A DNA stretch of 64,000 nt from Somniosus microcephalus (taxonomy: Eukaryota). The position numbers and the translations under genes were made by a program. Location of the stretch: positions 36,642,001 through 36,706,000 of the forward strand of contig CM126218.1 in the NCBI GenBank assembly GCA_052327205.1, read 5' to 3'. Within the stretch, counting starts at the first letter, position 1. Each line of letters begins with the position of its first letter. This document shows positions 27,401 to 39,400 of this stretch, piece after piece. The notes under the pieces are model-generated. The model ran no database searches. It was not told the DNA's origin and saw nothing but the letters and a program-made list of their open reading frames with translations.

Positions 27401-30400
27401 GATGGTGGTATTCAGCATACTTTCAAATTCCAATAGAATCATTATCAAATATTGTCAAAGGATGATCACCTTGACATGTTGTGGTTGTTAATATTCTTCC
27501 TTTTTTCTATTGTCCAGTAACTTGAAACAGTTCTTTGAAAACACTAACAATTATGCAAATATTGTCTCGCCATTTTCATGTTTATATTTGTTTTTTATTA
27601 CTTGACAAAGGAGAAAAAAGTTGATATAGTTAGTAGCTGTAGTGAAACATTTCCCTCATTCTTTGCACTTTAGCATCAATAAAATACCCAACTGGTGAAA
27701 CTCTCAATACTGCAGGATTTCATATTTGTGTGTAGTAATTTTGAATGTTTTTATTTTTGTTTTGAAGTGACGACTACAACAAAAGGGACAACAACCACAC
27801 CTATTATTGTTGACACTTCTACAACAGGTAAGTGATGACTGCTTTCGATATAAACCAGCAGGTCTGTTCACACCAGTGTGCTTTTCTCAAATTCAGCTTT
27901 CAGGCAATGTCAGTCCATTAATTCAGTCTTGCTTTTGTTGGAAAATGGTTGAAAACTTAGACATCTGAATCTGCAATTAGTTTTTTCAACAGCATTTGTG
28001 CAGAAAGTGTAGTTAAATAGTCTTATGGAGGAACTTTACAGAAATAATATAGGATTTTAAAATGTAATGTATTGAATTTGATGAAGTTTCCTGTTCTGCA
28101 GAAGGAGTCACTACAACAGTGAAAGCAACTACAACCGGGTCCACTACTGGCCCCACACCGGGTGAGTGAGGGCTTCTTTCCATATCTAGTAGCAAGACCA
28201 GTGACACAAGTTATCTTGTTTCAACAACTCCCAGACAGTGGAAGTCCATCACTTCACCCCTTGTAGATATTTAGCCCATTCCTTCCAGAGAGAAATAGTT
28301 GACAACTACACTATATCGATAAACCTAGTTCAGAGGCTGTGCGGAGGAGAAATGCTGTGTCCACGTTTGTGCCGCCTCTCCTCAGTTCCCTGACAGTGGA
28401 GTCTCTGATTACTCACTAACGCTTACTTAACTTTTTTGTAATATTTTATTGTCTTTTGAATGAAATGTACAATTTACAATTCATGTTGCTAGGGATACTC
28501 TGCATACTTTCCAATTCCAATCCAATCATTATTAAATCTTGTCAAAGGATGCTCGCTGACACGTTGTGGCTGTTAATATTATTCCCTGTTTTCTATTGTC
28601 CAGTAACTTGAAAGAGTTCTTTTGAAACACAACCAATTATGCAAATGCTGCTTTTTCAGTCTCGTGTTTATGTTTGCACTTTAGTATTTGAAGTAAGGAG
28701 ACCTAGTTAGTAGCTGTAGTCAATAATTTCCTCATTCTTTATGCCCGTTTCTCAATAAAATAACCTAGTGGTCAAACTCTATTAACACTGCTGGATCTGC
28801 AGTCGGAATGCAGCGGTTTTAAAATATTTTTTTTCTTCAGAAGTTACGACTACAACAAAAGGGACAACAACCACAACTGTGTCTACTGCCAGTTCAACAA
28901 CTGGTAAGTGATGGTTTCTTTCATTATAGACTAGCAAGTCCTTTGACACAAGTGTGCTTTTTTCAACTTTGGCGAAGAAAATGCCAGCCCATCAGTTCAG
29001 TCCTGTAGACCTGTAGCCCATTCCTTTGGGATGGAATTACTTGAGAAGTTCAGAACATCTCAATCTGCAAGCAATGGCACTTTCACAAGAATTACAGAAG
29101 CAGTTTTGTGTAAACCTCTCCCCTGACAGCTTGTCCCAGGCAAAGAATAAAACAGTTAGGTTTGAACAGTTGCAACTGTAAAATTCCTCTCTTCTGCCCA
29201 CCTCTGTCTCATTTAGTCTCCACTTATTCTCACACTCAAATTTTTTACGATATTTTTTCGACCTGCTAATAAAATATAGAATTTGTACGTCATGCTGATG
29301 CTCGTGGGCTGCATACTTCTAAATTCCAATAGCATCATTGGCAAATATTGACAAATGTTGTTCCCTTGACATGTTGTGGTTGCTAATATTGTGACTATTA
29401 CTGTTTTGGTCCAGTAGTATGAAAGACTTCTTTTGAAACACTCTGCAACTGCTGCCTTGCTGCTCTCATATTTATGTTTCCTATTATTGGTTGGATCATG
29501 AGGGTCTAATATGTTCTCCTCCTTTTCTGTTACAGAGGTTGTCTGCCATGGCAAATGGTCCCCCTGGTTTAATGAACACACACCTTCTATAGACAGCCCG
29601 GGCGATTCTGAATTACTAGACCACCGAAGCAATAAATACTGTTCTTCCCCTTTTGATGACATTATTAACATTCAGTGTCAGTTTGTTGGTGAACCTGAGA
29701 GGCCAATAAGTGAGTCACCAGACAATGTGACGTGCGACAAAGACACAGGGCTCATCTGTAGAGTCTCGGAAAGTGCTTTGGAGGAGTCCAAGTTTTGTTA
29801 TGACTACAAAATTCGAGTTTGCTGCGAGATAGGAACACCAGCGACCACAACAACCAGCAGCAGTACAAACACGGCTTCTGGTAAATGAGAAACTTACGTA
29901 CGAGTTAATAATGTCTCCCATACGTTAAATCAAAGCTGACTTTTTACATCAAGCAGTCAAAGGAGTTAATATATCTACTTAGTAGCTGTAATTAACAATT
30001 TCCTCATCATTTGTGCCTTAGTATCAATAAAATAGACTAACGGCGAAATTCTCAATATTGCAGGATTTGAAATTAGAGGTAAGAGGTTTTGAATTTTTTT
30101 TTGTTTTGTTCACAAGTGACGACTACAACAAAAGGGACAACAACCACACCTATTATTGTTGAAACTTCTACAACAGGTAAGTGATGCCTGCTTTCAATGT
30201 ACACCAGCAAGTCTGTTCACACCAGTGTGCTTTTCTCAAATTCAGCTTTCAGACAATGTCAGTCCATTAGTTCAGTCTTGTAGACCCTTGCTTTAGGGTG
30301 GAAATGCTTGAAAATTTTAAGACATCTGAATCTGCAATTAGTGTTTTCAACATCACTTGTGCAGAAAGTGTAATTAAATAGTCTTATGTTGGAAATCTAC

Positions 30401-33400
30401 AGGAATACTATATGAATTTAAGTTGTATTGAAGTGGTTTTGATGATATTTCTTGTTCTTCAGAAGGAATCACTACAACAGTGAAAACAACTACAACCGGG
30501 TCCACTATTGGCTCCACACCGGGTGAGTGAGGGCTTCTTTCGATATCCAGTACTAAGACCAGTGACACAAGTTAACTTGTTTCAACAGCTCCCAGACAGT
30601 GGAAGTCCATTACTTCACTCCTTGTAGATATTTAGCTCATTCCATTTAGAGGGAAATAGTTGAAAACTTCACTATATTGATTAACCTAGATCAGTGGCTG
30701 CGCTGAGGGGAAATGTTGTGTCTATGTTTGTGCCGCCTCTGTCTCTCTTAGTCTCTGCTTCCTCACCAACATTTACTCAGATTTTTGGCAATAATTTCCT
30801 GACTTTTGAATGAAATGTATAATTTCATGTTGATGGTGGTATTCAGCATACTTTCAAATTCCAATAGAATCATTATCAAATATTGTCAAAGGATGATCAC
30901 CTTGACATGTTGTGGTTGTTAATATTCTTCCTTTTTTCTATTGTCCAGTAACTTGAAACAGTTCTTTGAAAACACTAACAATTATGCAAATATTGTCTCG
31001 CCATTTTCATGTTTATATTTGTTTTTTATTACTTGACAAAGGAGAAAAAAGTTGATATAGTTAGTAGCTGTAGTGAAACATTTCCCTCATTCTTTGCACT
31101 TTAGCATCAATAAAATACCCAACTGGTGAAACTCTCAATACTGCAGGATTTCATATTTGTGTGTAGTAATTTTGAATGTTTTTATTTTTGTTTTGAAGTG
31201 ACGACTACAACAAAAGGGACAACAACCACACCTATTATTGTTGACACTTCTACAACAGGTAAGTGATGACTGCTTTCGATATAAACCAGCAGGTCTGTTC
31301 ACACCAGTGTGCTTTTCTCAAATTCAGCTTTCAGGCAATGTCAGTCCATTAATTCAGTCTTGCTTTTGTTGGAAAATGGTTGAAAACTTAGACATCTGAA
31401 TCTGCAATTAGTTTTTTCAACAGCATTTGTGCAGAAAGTGTAGTTAAATAGTCTTATGGAGGAACTTTACAGAAATAATATAGGATTTTAAAATGTAATG
31501 TATTGAATTTGATGAAGTTTCCTGTTCTGCAGAAGGAGTCACTACAACAGTGAAAGCAACTACAACCGGGTCCACTACTGGCCCCACACCGGGTGAGTGA
31601 GGGCTTCCTTCCATATCTAGTAGCAAGACCAGTGACACAAGTTATCTTGTTTCAACAACTCCCAGACAGTGGAAGTCCATCACTTCACCCCTTGTAGATA
31701 TTTAGCCCATTCCTTCCAGAGAGAAATAGTTGACAACTACACTATATCGATAAACCTAGTTCAGAGGCTGTGCGGAGGAGAAATGCTGTGTCCACGTTTG
31801 TGCCACCTCTCCTCAGTTCCCTGACAGTGGAGTCTCTGATTACTCACTAACGCTTACTTAACTTTTTTGTAATATTTTATTGTCTTTTGAATGAAATGTA
31901 CAATTTACAATTCATGTTGCTAGGGATACTCTGCATACTTTCCAATTCCAATCCAATCATTATTAAATCTTGTCAAAGGATGCTCGCTGACACGTTGTGG
32001 CTGTTAATATTATTCCCTGTTTTCTATTGTCCAGTAACTTGAAAGAGTTCTTTTGAAACACAACCAATTATGCAAATGCTGCTTTTTCAGTCTCGTGTTT
32101 ATGTTTGCACTTTAGTATTTGAAGTAAGGAGACCTAGTTAGTAGCTGTAGTCAATAATTTCCTCATTCTTTATGCCCGTTTCTCAATAAAATAACCTAGT
32201 GGTCAAACTCTATTAACACTGCTGGATTTGCAGTCGGAATGCAGCGGTTTTAAAATATTTTTTTTCTTCAGAAGTTACGACTACAACAAAAGGGACAACA
32301 ACCACAACTGTGTCTACTGCCAGTTCAACAACTGGTAAGTGATGGTTTCTTTCATTATAGACTAGCAAGTCCTTTGACACAAGTGTGCTTTTTTCAACTT
32401 TGGCGAAGAAAATGCCAGCCCATCAGTTCAGTCCTGTAGACCTGTAGCCCATTCCTTTGGGATGGAATTACTTGAGAAGTTCAGAACATCTCAATCTGCA
32501 AGCAATGGCACTTTCACAAGAATTACAGAAGCAGTTTTGTGTAAACCTCTCCCCTGACAGCTTGTCCCAGGCAAAGAATAAAACAGTTAGGTTTGAACAG
32601 TTGCAACTGTAAAATTCCTCTCTTCTGCCCACCTCTGTCTCATTTAGTCTCCACTTATTCTCACACTCAAATTTTTTACGATATTTTTTCGACCTGCTAA
32701 TAAAATATAGAATTTGTACGTCATGCTGATGCTCGTGGGCTGCATACTTCTAAATTCCAATAGCATCATTGGCAAATATTGACAAATGTTGTTCCCTTGA
32801 CATGTTGTGGTTGCTAATATTGTGACTATTACTGTTTTGGTCCAGTAGTATGAAAGACTTCTTTTGAAACACTCTGCAACTGCTGCCTTGCTGCTCTCAT
32901 ATTTATGTTTCCTATTATTGGTTGGATCATGAGGGTCTAATATGTTCTCCTCCTTTTCTGTTACAGAGGTTGTCTGCCATGGCAAATGGTCCCCCTGGTT
33001 TAATGAACACACACCTTCTATAGACAGCCCGGGCGATTCTGAATTACTAGACCACCGAAGCAATAAATACTGTTCTTCCCCTTTTGATGACATTATTAAC
33101 ATTCAGTGTCAGTTTGTTGGTGAACCTGAGAGGCCAATAAGTGAGTCACCAGACAATGTGACGTGCGACAAAGACACAGGGCTCATCTGTAGAGTCTCGG
33201 AAAGTGCTTTGGAGGAGTCCAAGTTTTGTTATGACTACAAAATTCGAGTTTGCTGCGAGATAGGAACACCAGCGACCACAACAACCAGCAGCAGTACAAA
33301 CACGGCTTCTGGTAAATGAGAAACTTACGTACGAGTTAATAATGTCTCCCATACGTTAAATCAAAGCTGACTTTTTACATCAAGCAGTCAAAGGAGTTAA

Positions 33401-36400
33401 TATATCTACTTAGTAGCTGTAATTAACAATTTCCTCATCATTTGTGCCTTAGTATCAATAAAATAGACTAACGGCGAAATTCTCAATATTGCAGGATTTG
33501 AAATTAGAGGTAAGAGGTTTTGAATTTTTTTTTGTTTTGTTCACAAGTGACGACTACAACAAAAGGGACAACAACCACACCTATTATTGTTGAAACTTCT
33601 ACAACAGGTAAGTGATGCCTGCTTTCAATGTACACCAGCAAGTCTGTTCACACCAGTGTGCTTTTCTCAAATTCAGCTTTCAGACAATGTCAGTCCATTA
33701 GTTCAGTCTTGTAGACCCTTGCTTTAGGGTGGAAATGCTTGAAAATTTTAAGACATCTGAATCTGCAATTAGTGTTTTCAACATCACTTGTGCAGAAAGT
33801 GTAATTAAATAGTCTTATGTTGGAAATCTACAGGAATACTATATGAATTTAAGTTGTATTGAAGTGGTTTTGATGATATTTCTTGTTCTTCAGAAGGAAT
33901 CACTACAACAGTGAAAACAACTACAACCGGGTCCACTATTGGCTCCACACCGGGTGAGTGAGGGCTTCTTTCGATATCCAGTACTAAGACCAGTGACACA
34001 AGTTAACTTGTTTCAACAGCTCCCAGACAGTGGAAGTCCATTACTTCACTCCTTGTAGATATTTAGCTCATTCCATTTAGAGGGAAATAGTTGAAAACTT
34101 CACTATATTGATTAACCTAGATCAGTGGCTGCGCTGAGGGGAAATGTTGTGTCTATGTTTGTGCCGCCTCTGTCTCTCTTAGTCTCTGCTTCCTCACCAA
34201 CATTTACTCAGATTTTTGGCAATAATTTCCTGACTTTTGAATGAAATGTATAATTTCATGTTGATGGTGGTATTCAGCATACTTTCAAATTCCAATAGAA
34301 TCATTATCAAATATTGTCAAAGGATGATCACCTTGACATGTTGTGGTTGTTAATATTCTTCCTTTTTTCTATTGTCCAGTAACTTGAAACAGTTCTTTGA
34401 AAACACTACCAATTATGCAAATATTGTCTCGCCATTTTCATGTTTATATTTGTTTTTTATTACTTGACAAAGGAGAAAAAAGTTGATATAGTTAGTAGCT
34501 GTAGTGAAACATTTCCCTCATTCTTTGCACTTTAGCATCAATAAAATACCCAACTGGTGAAACTCTCAATACTGCAGGATTTCATATTTGTGTGTAGTAA
34601 TTTTGAATGTTTTTATTTTTGTTTTGAAGTGACGACTACAACAAAAGGGACAACAACCACACCTATTATTGTTGACACTTCTACAACAGGTAAGTGATGA
34701 CTGCTTTCGATATAAACCAGCAGGTCTGTTCACACCAGTGTGCTTTTCTCAAATTCAGCTTTCAGGCAATGTCAGTCCATTAATTCAGTCTTGCTTTTGT
34801 TGGAAAATGGTTGAAAACTTAGACATCTGAATCTGCAATTAGTTTTTTCAACAGCATTTGTGCAGAAAGTGTAGTTAAATAGTCTTATGGAGGAACTTTA
34901 CAGAAATAATATAGGATTTTAAAATGTAATGTATTGAATTTGATGAAGTTTCCTGTTCTGCAGAAGGAGTCACTACAACAGTGAAAGCAACTACAACCGG
35001 GTCCACTACTGGCCCCACACCGGGTGAGTGAGGGCTTCTTTCCATATCTAGTAGCAAGACCAGTGACACAAGTTATCTTGTTTCAACAACTCCCAGACAG
35101 TGGAAGTCCATCACTTCACCCCTTGTAGATATTTAGCCCATTCCTTCCAGAGAGAAATAGTTGACAACTACACTATATCGATAAACCTAGTTCAGAGGCT
35201 GTGCGGAGGAGAAATGCTGTGTCCACGTTTGTGCCGCCTCTCCTCAGTTCCCTGACAGTGGAGTCTCTGATTACTCACTAACGCTTACTTAACTTTTTTG
35301 TAATATTTTATTGTCTTTTGAATGAAATGTACAATTTACAATTCATGTTGCTAGGGATACTCTGCATACTTTCCAATTCCAATCCAATCATTATTAAATC
35401 TTGTCAAAGGATGCTCGCTGACACGTTGTGGCTGTTAATATTATTCCCTGTTTTCTATTGTCCAGTAACTTGAAAGAGTTCTTTTGAAACACAACCAATT
35501 ATGCAAATGCTGCTTTTTCAGTCTCGTGTTTATGTTTGCACTTTAGTATTTGAAGTAAGGAGACCTAGTTAGTAGCTGTAGTCAATAATTTCCTCATTCT
35601 TTATGCCCGTTTCTCAATAAAATAACCTAGTGGTCAAACTCTATTAACACTGCTGGATTTGCAGTCGGAATGCAGCGGTTTTAAAATATTTTTTTTCTTC
35701 AGAAGTTACGACTACAACAAAAGGGACAACAACCACAACTGTGTCTACTGCCAGTTCAACAACTGGTAAGTGATGGTTTCTTTCATTATAGACTAGCAAG
35801 TCCTTTGACACAAGTGTGCTTTTTTCAACTTTGGCGAAGAAAATGCCAGCCCATCAGTTCAGTCCTGTAGACCTGTAGCCCATTCCTTTGGGATGGAATT
35901 ACTTGAGAAGTTCAGAACATCTCAATCTGCAAGCAATGGCACTTTCACAAGAATTACAGAAGCAGTTTTGTGTAAACCTCTCCCCTGACAGCTTGTCCCA
36001 GGCAAAGAATAAAACAGTTAGGTTTGAACAGTTGCAACTGTAAAATTCCTCTCTTCTGCCCACCTCTGTCTCATTTAGTCTCCACTTATTCTCACACTCA
36101 AATTTTTTACGATATTTTTTCGACCTGCTAATAAAATATAGAATTTGTACATCATGCTGATGCTCGTGGGCTGCATACTTCTAAATTCCAATAGCATCAT
36201 TGGCAAATATTGACAAATGTTGTTCCCTTGACATGTTGTGGTTGCTAATATTGTGACTATTACTGTTTTGGTCCAGTAGTATGAAAGACTTCTTTTGAAA
36301 CACTCTGCAACTGCTGCCTTGCTGCTCTCATATTTATGTTTCCTATTATTGGTTGGATCATGAGGGTCTAATATGTTCTCCTCCTTTTCTGTTACAGAGG

Positions 36401-39400
36401 TTGTCTGCCATGGCAAATGGTCCCCCTGGTTTAATGAACACACACCTTCTATAGACAGCCCGGGCGATTCTGAATTACTAGACCACCTAAGCAATAAATA
36501 CTGCTCTTCCCCTTTTGATGACATTATTAACATTCAGTGTCAGTTTGTTGGTGAACCTGAGAGGCCAATAAGTGGGTCACCAGACAATGTGACGTGCGAC
36601 AAAGACACAGGGCTCATCTGTAGAGTCTCGGAAAGTGCTTTGCAGGAGTCCAAGTTTTGTTATGACTACAAAATTCGAGTTTGCTGCGAGATAGGAACAC
36701 CAGCGATCGCAACAACCAGCAGCAGTACAAACACGGCTTCTGGTAAATGAGAAACTTACGTACGAGTTAATAATGTCTCCCATACGTTAAATCAAAGCCG
36801 ACTTTTTACATCAAGCAGTCAAAGGAGTTAATATATCTAGTTAGTAGCTGTAATTAACAATTTCCTCATCATTTGTGCCTTAGTATCAATAAAATAGCCT
36901 AATGGCGAAATTCTCAATACTGCAGGATTTGATATTAGAGTTAAGAGGTTTTGAATGTTTTTTGTTTTTGTTCACAAGTGACGACTACAACAAAAGGGAC
37001 AACAACCACACCTATTATTGTTGAAACTTCTACAACAGGTAAGTGATGCCTGCTTTCAATGTACACCAGCAAGTCTGTTCACACCAGTGTGCTTTTCTCA
37101 AATTCAGCTTTCAGACAATGTCAGTCCATTAGTTCAGTCTTGTAGACCCTTGATTTAAGGTGGAAATGCTTGAAAATTTAAAGACATCTGAATCTGCAAT
37201 TAGTGTTTTCAACATCACTTGTGCAGAAAGTGTAATTAAATAGTCTTATGGTGGAAATCTGCAGGAATACTATATGAATTTAAGTTGTATTGAAGTGGTT
37301 TTGATGATATTTCTTGTTCTTCAGAAGGAATCACTACAACAGTGAAAATACCTACAACCGGGTCCACTATTGGCTCCACACCAGGTGAGTGAGGGCTTCT
37401 TTCGATATCCAGTAGCAAGACCAGTGACACAAGTTAATTTTTTTCAACAACTCCCAGACAGTGGAAGTCCATTATTTCACCCCTTGTAGATATTTAGCCC
37501 AATCCTTTCAGAGGGAAATGGTTGCAAACTCAACCACTTTAATGAAGCTAGCTCAGATTCTGTGCCTCAGGAGTTATACTGGGGGAGAAATTCAGTTGTT
37601 AGCGCCTTAAGAGGGCGATAAGTGGGGCGCAATGCGGCTAGCGCCCGGGCACGGCGAGACCTGTGCCTCTGGCGAAATTGAGCAGACATTTAGCGTCGGC
37701 GCGAAACCGCAATGCCCGCTCAGCTGCGCGCGCCGATCCTGACGTCCTTTCATGGTGCAACGCCCTTGGGGCACCCTGAACCGGAACTTCAGTGGTGCCC
37801 CCCTCCTTTCCGCCTGGCGCTCCCAGTGACTGGTTGACTGGAATGATTCCCAGTTACTGTGGGGCTGGGGGGGCACTATTTAAAGGGGTCTCTTCCTGGC
37901 TTCTTTGTGGTCGCCATTTTTGGACCACTCCTTCTGTGAGAGAGAGAGAGAGATTTGCAGAGAGACAAAGGGAGAGAGCTTTCTGCATTGAGTCAGCGCT
38001 CGCATAGGTACTTCTGGCTTCGGCCCAGAACTTTGTAGTTGGTTTGATTTTTCACTGGCATAACCTTGAGTGGCCACATACTATGGGGGCTGCAATGGGT
38101 GGAAACGTTGGGTTTTTCCATTGCATTGAGAAGGCTCAGAGACGCCGAGAGAGAGTGCCAATCATGGCCAGACGGAGGAGGGCCAACAGGCATCGGCACA
38201 GGAGGCCTTACCCTCCCAGGGTATTCCGCCAACAGTTCTCATACCTCAACATGTCCGAGGAGCAGTGTTTGCGGAGGCTTCGATTCAGCAGGGAGGTGGT
38301 CACTGAGCTCTGCCACCTGCTTCAGCCAGATCTGCAGCCTCAACTGAGGAGCAGGATGTCTCTGTCGGTGTCAGTGAAGGTGACAGTGGCTCTCAACTTC
38401 TATGCCACCGGCTCCTTCCAATCCGCTACTGGGGACATTGCCAATGTCTCCCAGTTCGCGGTGCATTGCATCTGCCAAGTCACGAATGCCCTCTTTAAAA
38501 GTAGACGTCAGTACATTTCCTTCCCCATGACCCTGGACAAGCAGCAAGAGCGCGCAATGGGATTTGCAAGAATAGCGGGCTTCCCCATGGTCCAGGGCAC
38601 CATTGACTGCACGCATATGGCTTTGCGGGTGCCGCAAGAGAATGCCGAGGATTACCGCATCCAGAAGGGGTTCCATTCGTTGAACATCCAGTTGGTGTGT
38701 GACCACAGACAGCTGATACTAGCTGTCAATGCTCGCTTTCCAGGCAGCAGCCATGACACCTTCATCCTGAGCCAGACTTCTGTGGCAGACCTTTTCGAAG
38801 CCCCGGCTCACCCAGGAGGCTGGCTTCTCTGGGACAAGGGCTATCCTCTGTGCACCTGGCTGATGACCCCGCTCCGTGCGCCCAGCACCTCTGCTGAAGA
38901 ACGATACAATGAGAGCCATCAAGTGACCAGGAACATCATTGAGCACACAATCGGCGTGCTAAAGCAACGGTTCCGCTGTCTGGAGCATTACAGGGAGCCC
39001 TTCAGTACTCACCTGAGCGAGTCTCCCATTTCGTTGTAGTGTGCTGCATGCTGCATAACCTGGCAATCCTCAGGACTCAGCCACTGCCACCAGACATTGG
39101 AGCACCAGCAGAGGAGGAGGAGGAGGAGGAGGAGGACGAGGACGAGCACCAAAATGGGAGGGAGGCACAAAGTGCAAGGGCCGTCCGTCAGCAGCTTATT
39201 GCAAGTCGGTTCTAGGCCCCTTCTGAGGGAATGGCTTGTGCCATTGAAAGAACATGAATGGAACCGTTCCGCAACCCCTGAGCCGGTCAAGGCAACAAAT
39301 AGTTCAAAGAGCAAACATGCACAATCTGAATAAAGACACTTCTTTATTTAACAAACTGTGTGCCCTTCCCGCATGACAAAGTAATAGAGAGAAACCCCCC

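Larger units (their letters stand above)
1..31872 (+). repeat. 15,936-bp higher-order repeat (4 x 3431 + 1 x 2212), about two copies
   Basis: Private variants recur at exactly +15,936: 111/16047, 2671/18607, 5321/21257 region, deletion junction 7222/23158, 8628/24564, 12861/28797. Confidence 0.9.
1..37580 (+). repeat. Tandem array of a 3,431-bp exon-intron cassette (9 full units, 2 short 2,212-bp units, 1 diverged partial unit)
   Basis: Identical ORFs recur at +3431 (1070, 4501; 10144, 13575, 17006, 20437; 26080, 29511, 32942, 36373). Introns are also near-identical between copies. Confidence 0.98.

Noticed and set aside
772-37430. Recurring minus-strand ORFs (152, 68 and 64 aa; Val-rich)
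   Set aside because: They are antisense shadows of the CysD and Thr-codon exons, repeated only because the DNA is repeated; many have non-ATG starts.
1-37580. CRISPR-like or prokaryotic repeat system
   Set aside because: There are no short repeats with unique spacers and no cas genes; GT-AG introns and LINEs show vertebrate DNA.
38044-39039. Domesticated host HARBI1 gene
   Set aside because: It has TIRs, a TSD, a partner Myb gene, a frameshift and motif damage, so it is a transposon copy.
39100-39150. Poly-Arg ORF (39097..39333) / GAG microsatellite
   Set aside because: This is an alternative frame of the transposase's acidic poly-Glu/Asp tail.
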